From NCBI GenBank assembly GCA_002269645.1, contig NIVC01001156.1:1-64000 (forward strand): a stretch of DNA of 64,000 nucleotides, written 5' to 3'. A program made the translations under genes and the position numbers. The notes below the pieces were generated by a model. The model had not been told where the DNA came from and did no database searches. It saw only the letters and a program-made list of their open reading frames with translations. Source of the stretch: Macrostomum lignano (lineage: Eukaryota). Position 1 is the stretch's first letter. Each line of letters begins with the position of its first letter. Below are positions 25,174-57,800 of the stretch, piece after piece.

Positions 25174-25589
25174 TGGCCTGCAATGAGTCTTATTGATTGG
25201 CAATATTAGCTATCTAATCATGTTCTTTCATAGATTTTCCGGCTTGTAAATTGATGCATTGATTGATTGATTGATGTATTGACAATACGATTGGCTGCCG
25301 GGGAATAGGCTGAGTCAGTTTCATTGACAGCTGTACTGTGCCCCTGTATCCAGCTTATTAGTTCACTGTGGACAGCAGGTTTGTTTAGATAAGTTAAGAT
25401 TTTCCTGCATTCTCTTTCACGTTTGTTTTACTGAAGCGTAAAATTTCACAGGAATACCATGTGCCTGCTAAAAGTTACGAGCATTTCAAAACTGTACACA
25501 AGAAATGTCTGTCTAACACGATTTTGAAGTTTGCACTTTTTGACGTAAGCAAAACGGCATACGCTCTGATTGGTGTCAAAAAGCGTCCT

Positions 25590-25800
25590 GGGCCATAGAC
25601 TAAAGCCATAGACAAAAGCCATAGACTAAAGCCATGGACTGAGGCCATAGACTAAAGTCGTAGACAAAAGCCATAGACTAAAGCCATAGACAAAAGCCAT
25701 GGACTAAAGCCATAGACTAAAGCCATAGACTGAGGCCAAAGAAAAAAGCCATAGACTAAAGCCATAGACCAAAGCAATAGACTATAGCCATAGACCCCTT
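25590..25800. repeat. 13-14-bp minisatellite (GCCATAGACTAAA)
   Basis: Read directly. Confidence 0.9.
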
Positions 25801-25964
25801 TGCAAGCTTCGAAATCGTGATATAAATTTCTTGGTTACAGTTTTGCAATCCTTGTGACTTTAATCAGCGAGCTAGTTGACCAGCTAACCTGCTAGCTGTC
25901 TACAGAGAACACAAAAAATTTGCAACACCCCTCGTATATATTTTCCTTCTGAGAGTCATTCTCT

Positions 25965-26400
25965 CCTACAGACCCATAGCGCCACTCTACAGACCTATAG
26001 CGCCACTCTACAGACCCATAGCGCCACATACCCATAGCGCCACTCTACAGAACCCAGCTAGCGCCACTCTACAGAACCCTAGCGCCACTCTACAGAACCC
26101 TAGCGCCACTCTACAGAACCCTAGCGCCACTCTACAGAACCCTAGCGCCACTCTACAGAACCCTAGCGCCACTCTACAGAACCCTAGCGCCACTCTACAG
26201 ACCAATAGCGCCACTTTACAGACCTATAGCGCCACTCTACAGACCCATAGCGCCACATACCCATAGCGCCACTCTACAGAACCCAGCTAGCGCCACTCTA
26301 AAGAACCCTAGCGCCACTCTACAGAACCCTAGCGCCACTCTACAGAACCCTAGCGCCACTCTACAGACCAATAGCGCCACTCTACAGAACCATAGTGCCA
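25965..26400. repeat. 21-22-bp minisatellite (AGCGCCACTCTACAGAACCCT)
   Basis: Read directly, about 20 copies. Confidence 0.93.
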
Positions 26401-26578
26401 ATCTACAGATTCCAAAACACGCCTCAGTCTAAAATCCCATAAATGTAATCGTACAGTGTACAGAAATCTGCGAGAACAAAACAATGGGATTGAATGAGCG
26501 ACCAAAACGGAAATGGGGAAAACCAAATACGCTCGTAAATTTACGCGAAAGTTCGCATTTACACGTACGGCTCAATTT

Positions 26579-26592
26579 GTTGCCATGGAAAC
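26579..26592. promoter_or_regulatory. RFX X-box-like motif GTTGCCATGGAAAC
   Basis: Matches the RYYNYY-AT-RRNRAC X-box consensus; function not shown. Confidence 0.45.
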
Positions 26593-26708
26593 CAAAGCAT
26601 CCGTTAGATTATTAAGATACTCGTATGTGAAAATTAATCTAGATAGTGCCTTTGCAAAGGGCAAAATTTACACTGGGCGACACTCGGACACGCGGGATAT
26701 CAGAACGG

Positions 26709-26721
26709 GTTGCCATGGTTA

Positions 26722-26722
<1 letters not shown>
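26709..26722. promoter_or_regulatory. RFX X-box-like motif GTTGCCATGGTTAC (reverse GTAACCATGGCAAC)
   Basis: Reverse complement matches GTNRCC-N2-RGYAAC exactly; overlaps the stop codon of the Ig gene by one base. Confidence 0.45.
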
Positions 26723-46896
<20,174 letters not shown>

Positions 46897-47214
46897 CGCC
46901 TGAGCACTGTTGAGCAGTCACGAACAAGCTAAATCTGTTATTAATATTGGCTCTCCAAGTATCTCAGTGACGACCTCTTCTCCACTTGCCAGTGCAGTTC
47001 TGGGCTGCCTCTGTGACGCGATGGCTTTTAATGCTGAGCTGGTGGCAGGCTGCCTGACAGCCAATGAGGATGCGGGACTGACTGACCGACCAATGCGGGG
47101 CTTTCCAGTTCAGGTTTATCCCAAGCAGCACGAGTCTAGGGATTTTCAATGAGTTGATGGGGAAGGAGAACTTGTGAGCACTGAAGACTTGCCTCTTGTA
47201 GAGAGGGGGATTCG

Positions 47215-47390
47215 GGAGTAGATTGCTGAGATCGATCGAGTAGATTTCTGAGATTGATCGAGTAGATTGCTGAGATTGATTGAGTAGATTGCTGAGATTG
47301 ATCGAGTAGATTGCTGAGATTGATCGAGTAGATTGCTGAGATTGATCGAGTAGATTGATGAGATTGATCGAGTAGATTGCTGAGATTGGT
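47215..47390. repeat. About 21-bp minisatellite (GATCGAGTAGATTGCTGAGATT)
   Basis: Read directly. Confidence 0.9.
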
Positions 47391-47399
47391 CGATTACAA

Positions 47400-48300
47400 G
47401 TTTGGGACTGAGAGGGAGGGTGAGGGCTGAGAAGGAAAGGAGACTGAGAGGGAGGGTGAGGCTGAGAAGGGAAGTGAGACTGACAGGGAGGGTGAGACTG
47501 AGAGGGAGACTGAGACTGAGAGGGAGACTAAGAGGACGGTAAGAGAGTGACAGTGAAGGTGAGGCTGAGAACTGAGAGGGAGAGCCAAACTGAAAGAGAG
47601 AGATAGTGAGACTGAGGGAGAAAAGGAGGGTGAGAGGAAGGGTAAGACTCAAAGGGAGTGTGAGACTGAGAGGGAGGGCGAGGCTGAGAGGGAGGGCGAG
47701 GCTGAGCGGGAGTGTGAGACTGAGCGGGAGTGTGAGACTGAGAGGTAGTGTGAGACTGAGAGGTAGTGTGAGACTGAGAGGTAGTGTGAGACTGAGCGGG
47801 AGTGTGAGACTGAGAGGGTATGTGAGACTGAGCGGGAGTGTGAGACTGAGAGGGAGTGTGAGACTGAGAGGTAGTGTGAGACTGAGAGGTAGTGTGAGAC
47901 TGAGCGGGAGTGTGAGACTGAGAGGGTATGTGAGACTGAGCGGGAGTGTGAGACTGAGAGGGTATGTGAGACTGAGCGGGAGTGTGAGACTGAGAGGGAG
48001 TGTGAGACTGAGCGGGAGTGTGAGACTGAGAGGGAGTGTGAGACTGAGCGGGAGTGTGAGACTGAGAGGGTATGTGAGACTGAGCGGGAGTGTGAGACTG
48101 AGAGGTAGTGTGAGACTGAGCGGGAGTGTGAGACTGAGAGGGTATGTGAGACTGAGCGGGAGTGTGAGACTGAGAGGGAGTGTGAGACTGAGCGGGAGTG
48201 TGAGACTGAGAGGGAGTGTGAGACTGAGAGGTAGTGTGAGACTGAGAAGGAGAAAGGAAGGAAGGGTAAGAGTGAGGCAATAGGGGAGAGTGAGGCTGAG
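47400..48300. repeat. 18-bp minisatellite (GAGTGTGAGACTGAGCGG and variants)
   Basis: Read directly; includes copies of the 46250-46640 unit. Confidence 0.93.
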
Positions 48301-49129
48301 AGAAAAGGTGAGACTGAAATGGAGTATTAGATACAATATGTCAACTTCATGAATGATGAGGCAGCCAGCAGACTCCAAAAGCTCCACAGCTCCACTGGGC
48401 AGTCGGCAGTTTTCTGTAACTGAAACCCCCATAAAATTTGCTTCAACCCGCGGTGCCGCTGCAGCGGAGAGGCGGGTGAAACAGACAAGCGGGCAGGCCC
48501 TGAGCTCTCAGAGCTCATCCGGGAAGCTCCGGCGCCCCTTCTGTGTCGGCAAACAACAAAGAAGGAAAGGGGCAGAGAGTGGAAGAACGGGGTGGCGCGT
48601 GCAGCAAGGGAGAGGCTGGTCTCAACTAGAAGAGGCAAAAAATGCGAAATGACTTGGCATTCTGAGCGGAGCAGCCTGGCTACTGCTCCGGCCTATTATT
48701 CCCACTCTATTTTGGTTCGCGCTCCGGCTTCGTCGGGGGGGGGGGAGAAAAAAGCCATCAACAGAACTTGATGGCGGAGTTTGTTGCAAAAAAGGGGAAG
48801 AGCTTAAAGTTTGTAGGAGTTGAGCTGGGCGGCTCTCCTCCTAGTAGCAGTTCCCCGGCAAGCGGCCAAGAAGACCGGGAGAAAAAGCAAAATGAAGTGA
48901 AAACAAAAAGAAGACGGCACTACTTGGCCTGGGGGAGGCTCTTGAGTAATGAGCAGCTGGGCAGTGCGACATCTTAAAATGGAGAGGAACTGGAATTGGC
49001 AACTCTGCTTCATCTTAGACTCTTTAAATCCGAACTCTTTACAAGCTTTGAAATTGCCTGAGCCGCAGTGGCGGTATTGATTTCAGCTGAGTGCAACAGG
49101 TCTGCAGCCTGCTCTCGCGAGCGGCTTCT

Positions 49130-50598
49130 GACCGGTTCCTTCAGGCTCCTGTCTGGTTCCTTCAGGCTCCTGTCTGGTTCCTTCAGGCTTCTGTCTTGTT
49201 AACTTCAGGCTCCTGTCTTGTTACTTCAGGCTTCTGTCTTGTTAACTTCAGGCTCCTGTCCGGTTCCTTCAGGCTCCTGTCTGGTTACCTCAGGCTCCTG
49301 TCTAGTTACTTCAGGTTCCTGTCTTGTTAACTTCAGGCTCCTGTCCGGTTCCTTCAGGCTCCTGTCTGGTTACCTCAGGCTTCTGTCTGGTTCCTTCAGG
49401 CTCCTGTCTTGTTACTTCAGGCTTCTGTCTTGTTAACTTCAGGCTCCTGTCCGGTTCCTTCAGGTTCCTGTCTGGTTACCTCAGGTTCCTGTCTAGTTAC
49501 TTCAGCTTCCTGTCTAGTTACTTCAGGTTCCTGTCCGGTTCCTTCAGGTTCCTGTCTGGTTACCTCAGGTTCCTGTTTAGTTACTTCAGGTTCCTGTCTA
49601 GTTAATTCAGGTTCCTGTCTTGTTACTTCAGGCTCCTGTCTTGTTACTTCAGGTTCCTGTCTTGTTACTTCAGGTTCCTGTCTTGTTACTTCAGGTTTCT
49701 GTCTTGTTAACTTCAGGCTCCTGTCTTGTTACTTCAGGCTCCTGTCTTGTTACTTCAGGTTCCTGTCTTGTTACTTCAGGTTCCTGTCTTGTTACTTCAG
49801 GTTTCTGTCTTGTTAACTTCAGGCTCCTGTCCGGTTCCTTCAGGTTCCTGTCTGGTTACTTCAGGCTCCTGTCTTGTTACTTCAGGCTCCTGTCTTGTTA
49901 CTTCAGGCTCCTGTCTAGTTACTTCAGGCTCCTGTCTTGTTACTTCAGGCTTCTAGCTTGTTACTTTCAGGCTCCTGTCCGGTTCCTTCAGGTTCCTGTC
50001 TGGTTACCTCAGGTTCCTGTCTAGTTACTTCAGGTTCCTGTCTAGTTACTTCAGGTTCCTGTCTAGTTACTTCAGGTTCCTGTCTAGTTACTTCAGGTTC
50101 CTGTCTAGTTACTTCAGGCTCCTGTCTTGTTACTTCAGGTTCCTGTCTTGTTACTTCAGGTTCCTGTCTTGTTACTTCAGGTTCCTGTCTAGTTACTTCA
50201 GGTTCCTGTCTAGTTACTTCAGGTTCCTGTCTAGTTACTTCAGGTTCCTGTCTAGTTACTTCAGCTTCCTGTCTTGTTACTTCAGGCTCCTGTCTTGTTA
50301 CTTCAGGCTCCTGTCTTGTTACTTCAGGTTCCTGTCTTGTTACTTCAGGTTCCTGTCTTGTTACTTCAGGTTCCTGTCTTGTTACTTCAGGTTTCTTTCT
50401 TGTTAACTTCAGGCTCCTGTCCGGTTCCTTCAGGCTCCTGTCTAGTTACTTCAGGCTCCTGTCTTGTTACTTCAGGCTCCTGTCTTGTTAACTTCAGGCT
50501 CCTGTCCGGTTCCTTCAGGCTCCTGTCTGGTTACCTCAGGTTCCTGTCTAGTTACTTCAGGTTCCTGTCTTGTTAACTTCAGGCTCCTGTCCGGTTAA
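49130..50598. repeat. 21-22-bp minisatellite (TTCAGGCTCCTGTCTTGTTAC), about 1.45 kb
   Basis: Read directly; the ORF track shows 106-bp higher-order offsets (49218/49324, 49620/49726). Confidence 0.95.
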
Positions 50599-51199
50599 CT
50601 GTCAGCGGAATGGGCAGAGTTGCCAGGGTGCCCACAAACCTCGAATTTATTGTATTTTGTTCTGCATCCCTTGCCGCATCCGCAGTGCAGTGAGGACTGC
50701 AACCGACGGCAGATCAGCAATGCTTGCAAAAAGCGCAGAAGTCTCGCAAAGCATGTCTAAAGCAGCATGCAGAAAAAGCCAAGCGCTGAGGTAGTGGGGC
50801 GGCCTCTGCCATTTATGGCTATTGATGAGGCCAGTCTGAGTTCGGCTTTCTCTGCGCTCCTGGGAGGGGGAGCCGATTAACAGGCCGCGTAGGAGGAACT
50901 CACTGGTCAGAGCCAGCAGTATCCGGTATCCGCTTCAATGGGTACTGATGAGGCATGGCAGTTGAACGATAAATCCCAGTATCCATATTTCTGCTTTTTT
51001 AAATCAGGAAATTTATTGCAAAGTAGCATCTGAGCAGACCTTCAGGCCTGGATTGTTCAAACCGAGTGAATTCATGTACCATAATGAGACAAAATTTTCA
51101 AGGTACTCGTATAAATTTGTAAATATGATTAACTGAGAAAACAGTCAAAGCATTGTCATTTAGAATGGATAAGAGAAAGACATCACTGAGATGAGAAGA

Positions 51200-51750
51200 G
51201 ATAGGTGATAAGAGATCAGTGAGAAGAGATCGGGGAGATGAGATCCGGAAGATGAGATCGGTGAGAAGAGATGAGTGAGTGAGAAGAGATCGGGGAGATG
51301 AGATCGGGGAGATGAGATCGGGGAGATGAGATCGGGGAGATGAGATCGGGGAGATGAGATCGGGGAGATGAGATCCGGAAGATGAGATCGGTGAGAAGAG
51401 ATGAGTGAGTGAGAAGAGATCGGGGAGATGAGATCGGGGAGATAAGACGGTGAGAATAGATTGGTGAGAAGAGATGAGTGAGAAGAGATCGGGGGATGAG
51501 ATCGGGGAGATGAGATCGGGGAGAGAGATGAGATCAGAGAGATAAGATCGGGGAGATAAGATCAGGAAGATAAGACGGGGAGAAGAGATGAGTGAGTGAG
51601 AAGAGATCGGGGAGATGAGATCGGGGAGATGAGATCGGGGAGAGAGATGAGATCGGGGAGATAAGATCAGGAAAATAAGACGGGGAGAAGAGATGAGTCA
51701 GAAGAGATCGGGGAGATGGGATCTATGAGACAAGAGCGGTGAGAGAGTTT
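51200..51750. repeat. GA-rich minisatellite (GAGATCGGGGAGAT)
   Basis: Read directly. Confidence 0.88.
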
Positions 51751-51848
51751 AGTGAGAGGAGAAATAAGAGAAGAGAGCGTTGAGAACAGACGAGTAACTC
51801 AGAGAATCTGGAAGCCAGACAAAGGGTGGCTGTACGAAGTGCTGGAGA

Positions 51849-54800
51849 TCAGAACTGCTGCAGTATGTGCTGATTCTGCAACTCCTGCCGCAGCTGCCGC
51901 AGTTTCAACGCATCCGACGGTGACGAAGCTCCGTCCAGGTAGTCGCCGTCGTCACCGACGTTGCCGGGTCGGCGCTCTTCCTCGACAAACGACAGCGCCG
52001 CCGCCGACTGCCTACGGCTGCCGGCTCGCCAGTTCTCCTCCCGGCGGCGCGGTATGAAGATGCTGCCGCGCTGGAAGCTGAGCCGCCGGTTCTCGTCAAC
52101 GCTTTCAACAGCCGGCACCGGATTCGGGGGACGAAGCTGTTCCGGCTCCGTCTCTGCGCGGGGTTCCTCCGCCATCACCGCCTGCGGAGTTTCCTCGTCA
52201 TCCACTGGCGATGGCGACGACTCAGCATCTGCATCGCTCTCGACCTCGGCGAGTTCCGTTGCCTCCGCGGCCAGAGTTGGCGGCTGCTGCGAGACCGGAC
52301 TGCAGCGGGGCGGGTTGAAAAAACCTCATGGGTTAAATAGTTCTTTCGATTGCTTGGTTGAGCATTCACAAGCTCGAAACTTCCGAAGCTTCTCAAGCTT
52401 AAGTTTAAATGGGTTGGGTTATGGTTAGGGTTGGCAGTCAATTGTCATTGGCATGAATTGAACTGATCGATCATTAAATCTTAAGGTAACTGAAGATAAA
52501 GTATTTTTTCTGCGTTTATGAAGTTAAAGCCGGTCGATATTTATTGCAATAGCAGCAAGAGAATGGGGTGGATGGGGAATGAGGGTGTGATCTTGTGCGC
52601 GAGACTGTGAGGGTTGGGGCTGGTCTATATTTAGCGGCAAGAGTATGGGTTGGAGGGGGAATGAGGGTGTGATCTTGTGCGCGAGACTGTGGGGGTTGGG
52701 GCTGGTCGATATTTAGCGGCAAGAGAATGGGGTGGAGGGGAAATGAGGGTGTGATCTTGTGCGCTAGACTGTGGGGATTGGGGCTGGTCGATATTTAGCG
52801 GCAAGAGAATGGGGTGGAGGGGAAATGAGGGTGTGATCTTGTGCGCGAGACTGTGGGGGTTGGGGCTGGTCGATATTTAGCGGCAAGAGAATGGGGTGGT
52901 GGGGGATGTGAGGGTGTTATCAAGTGTGCCTGTGGCTCTGGGGTTTTAGGGATAGCACTTAATTATTAAGAGTGCGGCTAGTTGACATAAAGTACGAGTA
53001 AATACAAGTAAAGTATTTGATCGTCTTTAAATTTAATCTTTTTAAATGCGGTGGCATTAATAAATCGCACTTGAAGCCAAAGTCAGAAGCCAGATTGATT
53101 TTTGTTAAAAGTGCATCCTCAGCTGTTAGTTAAACCTGGACAATTCTGCTTTGACTTGAGATTGGGTGGGACTGTGGAGGGAAGAACGAGCAGAGAATTG
53201 ATCACCTGATGCGACCTGCACCTGGCAAGGTTCCTGGGAGTCAGTTTCAACGTTTGCTTTATTTTATTTAACAGCAATGGCCAGAAATTTTAATCAGTGC
53301 CTAACAGACTGCTTACCTGCAACAGTTTAAATTGAAAACAGCGTTAGTGTGACTTGAATACTTATTCAGCGACTTCAAATAAAGAAGAAGTGCAAGATAG
53401 CGCTGGAGACCTATTTCCACGGGAGCGCAAAATGTATGATTGATGAGCATAGTGGATTAGCGGGTCTGACGGATTTCGGCAAAGGGGCCGGTGACAGTGA
53501 TTGATAGATGGGAAGAGGCGGCTACAAAAATGCGGACCCGTTTAATGGCATGTTTGCTCGGCATGCCAAAGTGGCTGAGCAGTGCCAATGCCAAACTCCC
53601 ATTTGAATACTTGGAGAGCAAATAAGTTGGATGGCAACATTCTAGTTTTACTTGAAGTACTCCTAAGTACACCTTTCGAGCTCATCTTGGGCGAATGAAA
53701 GATTTCAGAAAGAAGGCAGAGTAATGATAAGAATAGTGAAAGGCAAGATGACAGGTATTAAATGTTGCAGACAGATCCAGAAAGATTGTGACAAGAAGAT
53801 ATAAAATGCAGAGTAACATATCAAGTCCACTTAAGAGTGACAGATACTGTTAGAGTGACAGATACTGATGCAGAGTGACATGCTGTTACAGAGTGACAGA
53901 TACTGTTAGAGTGACAGATACTGATGCAGAGTGACATGCTGTTACAGAGTGACAGATACAGTTACAGAGTGACAGATACTGTTGCAGAGTGACAGATACT
54001 GATGCAGAGTGACAAATACTGATACAGAGTGACAGATACTGTTGCAGAGTGACAGATACTGTTAAAGAGTGACAGATACTGATGCAGAGTGTCATGCTGT
54101 TACAGAGTGACAAATACGGTTAGAGTGACAGATACAGTTACAGAGTGACAGATACTGATGCAGAGTGACAGATACTGTTGCAGAGTGACAGATACTGTTG
54201 CAGAGTGACAGATACTGTTAAAGAGTGACAGATACTGATGTAGAGTGACAGATACTGATACAGAGTGACATGCTGTTACAGAGTGACAGATACAGTTAGA
54301 GTGACAAATACAGTTACAGAGTGACAGATACTGTTGCAGAGTGACAGATACTGATGCAGAGTGACAGATAATGTTACAGAGTGACAGATACTGTTGCAGA
54401 GTGACAGATACTGATGCAGAGTGACAGATAATGTTACAGAGTGACAGATACTGTTACAGAGTGACAGATACTGTTGCAGAGTGACAGATACTGTTACAGA
54501 GTAACAGATTCTGTTGCAGAGTGACAGATACTGATGCAGAGTGACAGATAATGTTACAGAGTGACAGATACTGTTGCAGAGTGACAGATACTGATGCAGA
54601 GTGACAGACACTGATACAGACAGACACTGTACCAACAGTGCAACAGATACTGTTGTAGAGTGACAGATACTGATGCAGAGTGACAGACACTGATACAGAC
54701 AGACACTGTATCAACAGTGCAACAGATACTGTTGCAGAGTGACAGATACTGTTACAGAGTAACAGATTTTGTTACAGAGTGACAGATACTGTTACAGAGT

Positions 54801-57800
54801 GACAGATTCTGTTACAGAGTGACAGATTCTGTTACAGAGTGACAGATTCTGTTACAGAGTGACAGATTCTGTTACAGAGTGACAGATACTGTTACAGAGT
54901 GACAGATTCTGTTACAGAGTGACAGATTCTGTTACAGAGTGACAGATACTGTTACAGAGTGACAGATAATGTTACAGAGTGACAGATACTGTTGCAGAGT
55001 GACAGATAATGTTACAGAGTGACAGATACTGTTGCAGAGTGACAGATACTGTTGCAGAGTGACAGATACTGTTGCAGAGTGACAGATACTGTTGCAGAGT
55101 GACAGATACTATTACAAAGTGACAGATACTGATACAGAGTGATAGATCAAGTGAGAGTTTGTGGAAAGCCAATGTGACAGCAAGTACGGAGCAGAGTGAC
55201 AGACCCACCGGCTCTTGGTCAGGGGCACCACGACTGGCACCCGCTGGCTGGCCAAGATGAGGATGGCGGCGATGCAGCAGATGCAGGCGGCCAGGCCCAG
55301 CAGGATGGCGGCGAGCTGCCAGGCGGGCAGCAGCGGCTGGCAGTTGAGCCGATTTTCCGGGCACACGCAGCTGCAAAGAGGAGATGGCGGGCGGGCGTAC
55401 AGATAGTGTGACATGGGTGTGACAGTGTGATATGGGGTGTGACAGTGTGACATGGGTGTGACAGTGTGACATGGGTGTGACAGTGTGACATGGGTGTGAC
55501 AGTGTGACATGGGGTGTGACAGTGTGACATGGGGTGTGACAGTGTGATATGGGTGTGACAGTGTGACATGGGGTGTGACAGTGTGACATGGGTGTGACAG
55601 TGTGATATGGGGTGTGACAGTGTGACATGGGGTGTGACAGTGTGACATGGGGTGTGACAGTGTGACATGGGGTGTGACAGTGTGACATGGGGTGTGACAG
55701 TGTAACATGGGTGTGACAGTGTGACATGGGGTGTGACAGTGTGGCATGGGGTGTGACAGTGTGGCATGGGGTGTGACAGTGTGGCATGGGGTGTGACAGT
55801 GTGACATGGGGTGTGACAGTGTGACATGGGGTGTGACAGTGTGGCATGGGGTGTGACAGTGTGACATGGGGTGTGACAGTGTGATATGGGGTGTGACAGT
55901 GTGACATGGGGTGTGACAGTGTGATATGGGGTGTGACAGTGTGACATGGGGTGTGACAGTGTGGCATGGGGTGTGACAGTGTGGCATGGGGTGTGACAGT
56001 GTGGCATGGGGTGTGACAGTGTGGCATGGGGTGTGACAGTGTGACATGGGGTGTGACAGTGTGACATGGGGTGTGACAGTGTGACATGGGGTGTGACAGT
56101 GTGATATGGGGTGTGACAGTGTGACATGGGGTGTGACAGTGTGGCATGGGGTGTGACAGTGTGGCATGGGGTGTGACAGTGTGGCATGGGGTGTGACAGT
56201 GTGGCATGGGGTGTGACAGTGTGACATGGGGTGTGACAGTGTGGCATGGGGTGTGACAGTGTGGCATGGGGTGTGACAGTGTGGCATGGGGTGTGACAGT
56301 GTGGCATGGGGTGTGACAGTGTGACATGGGGTGTGACAGTGTGGCATGGGGTGTGACAGTGTGGAATGGGGCGGGACAGTGTGACATGGGGTGTGACAGT
56401 GTGACATGGGGTGTGACAGTGTGACATGGGGTGTGACAGTGTGGCATGGGGTGTGACAGACAGCGTGCCGTGTGCGACGCAAAGGACAGTCGAAACGCAC
56501 TCGAATCCACGGAATTTATCCACGCAGACGTAGGGCGAGGGGCAGGGCGAGGAGGAGCAGTCGTCAAAGTCGATCTCGCACCGATCGCCGACCCAGCCGG
56601 TGGGGCAGCGACACAGGTAGCCCCGGTTGAAGAATCCCTCGGAGCGTACGGTGCTCTGGCAGTCCGGGTCCCAGACGGGGCCTGAGGGAGGGCGGCGGAA
56701 CACTCAAGGTGATTTTGAGGCGCAAACTTTCTATTTTTATTCGTAATATACTGGAATTACCTTCAGATTTAATGACCAACTGTTTGACCACAGGATGGCA
56801 AGTTAGACTTGGAAATTTATCTGAATAAACACAGTTAGGTATTAAGAGCGTGCCTGTACCGACCTTAGGCCGGTTTACCTTTTTGACATTTGGATGTCAA
56901 ATATCAAAGTGAAGAGCTACCTGTTGGAATGAAGGGGCTACCTGTCGGAATGAATGGGCTACCTGTCGGAGTGAAGGGACTACCTGTCGGAATGAAGGAA
57001 TTACCTGTCGGAATGAATGGACTACCTGTCGGAATGAATGGACTACCTGTCGGAATGAATGGACTACCTGTCGGAGTGAAGGGAACACCTGTCGGAATGA
57101 AGGGCTACCTGTCGGAATGAAGTGAATACCTGTCGGAATGAAGGGACTACCTGTCGGAATGAAGTGAATACCTGTCGGAATGAAGGGACTGCCTGTAAAA
57201 ATGCCATTAAAACGGGCAACTACCCATGGGAGCGGCTTTGGAGCGGCGATCCCGCGGCTCCCCGCAGGATCAGCTGTGTAGACTCGGGAGGGGGTCCCAA
57301 GTCTGACTTGCAAGACTTACCCCAGCAGGTGCCCTCATTCACGCAGGGATTCTGCAGGATGAACACCCGGATGTACAGTCGGGACTCCAGCCGGTATTTG
57401 TCTGTGTAGGCCAGGGCGAAGCGGTCCACGCCCACCTGTCCGAGGCCCGGCCGGTAGCGCAGCAGGTGGGCGAACCAGGACAGCTCGGCGGGCGGGTAGG
57501 GCAGGCTGAGGTTGCAGGGGTGCCAGGCGGTCACGGTCGCGTCCCACTCGCTGAGGTTCCTGGCGGCCAATCGCTCCTCGTCCGTCAGCTCGCAGTCGGT
57601 CGGCTCGACCAGGGCGGCCGCGGATGCGGAGTCGTTGAGGCGGCCGATCAGCTGGCCGAGCCGCGGCCGCTCGTCGTCCGGCAGTTCGACTCGGATGGCT
57701 TCGTTGGCGTCGTAATCGAAGACACCTGCGGTGAGCCGGAGGTCGGCGTACACGGTGTTGTTGCCGGTGTTCTGCTCCACACACAGGCTGAGGTTGCGGT

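Noticed and set aside
48667-48690. 8-bp GC-rich hairpin CGGAGCAG/CTGCTCCG as a Helitron 3' end
   Set aside because: No CTRR terminus at the expected distance and no other Helitron evidence.
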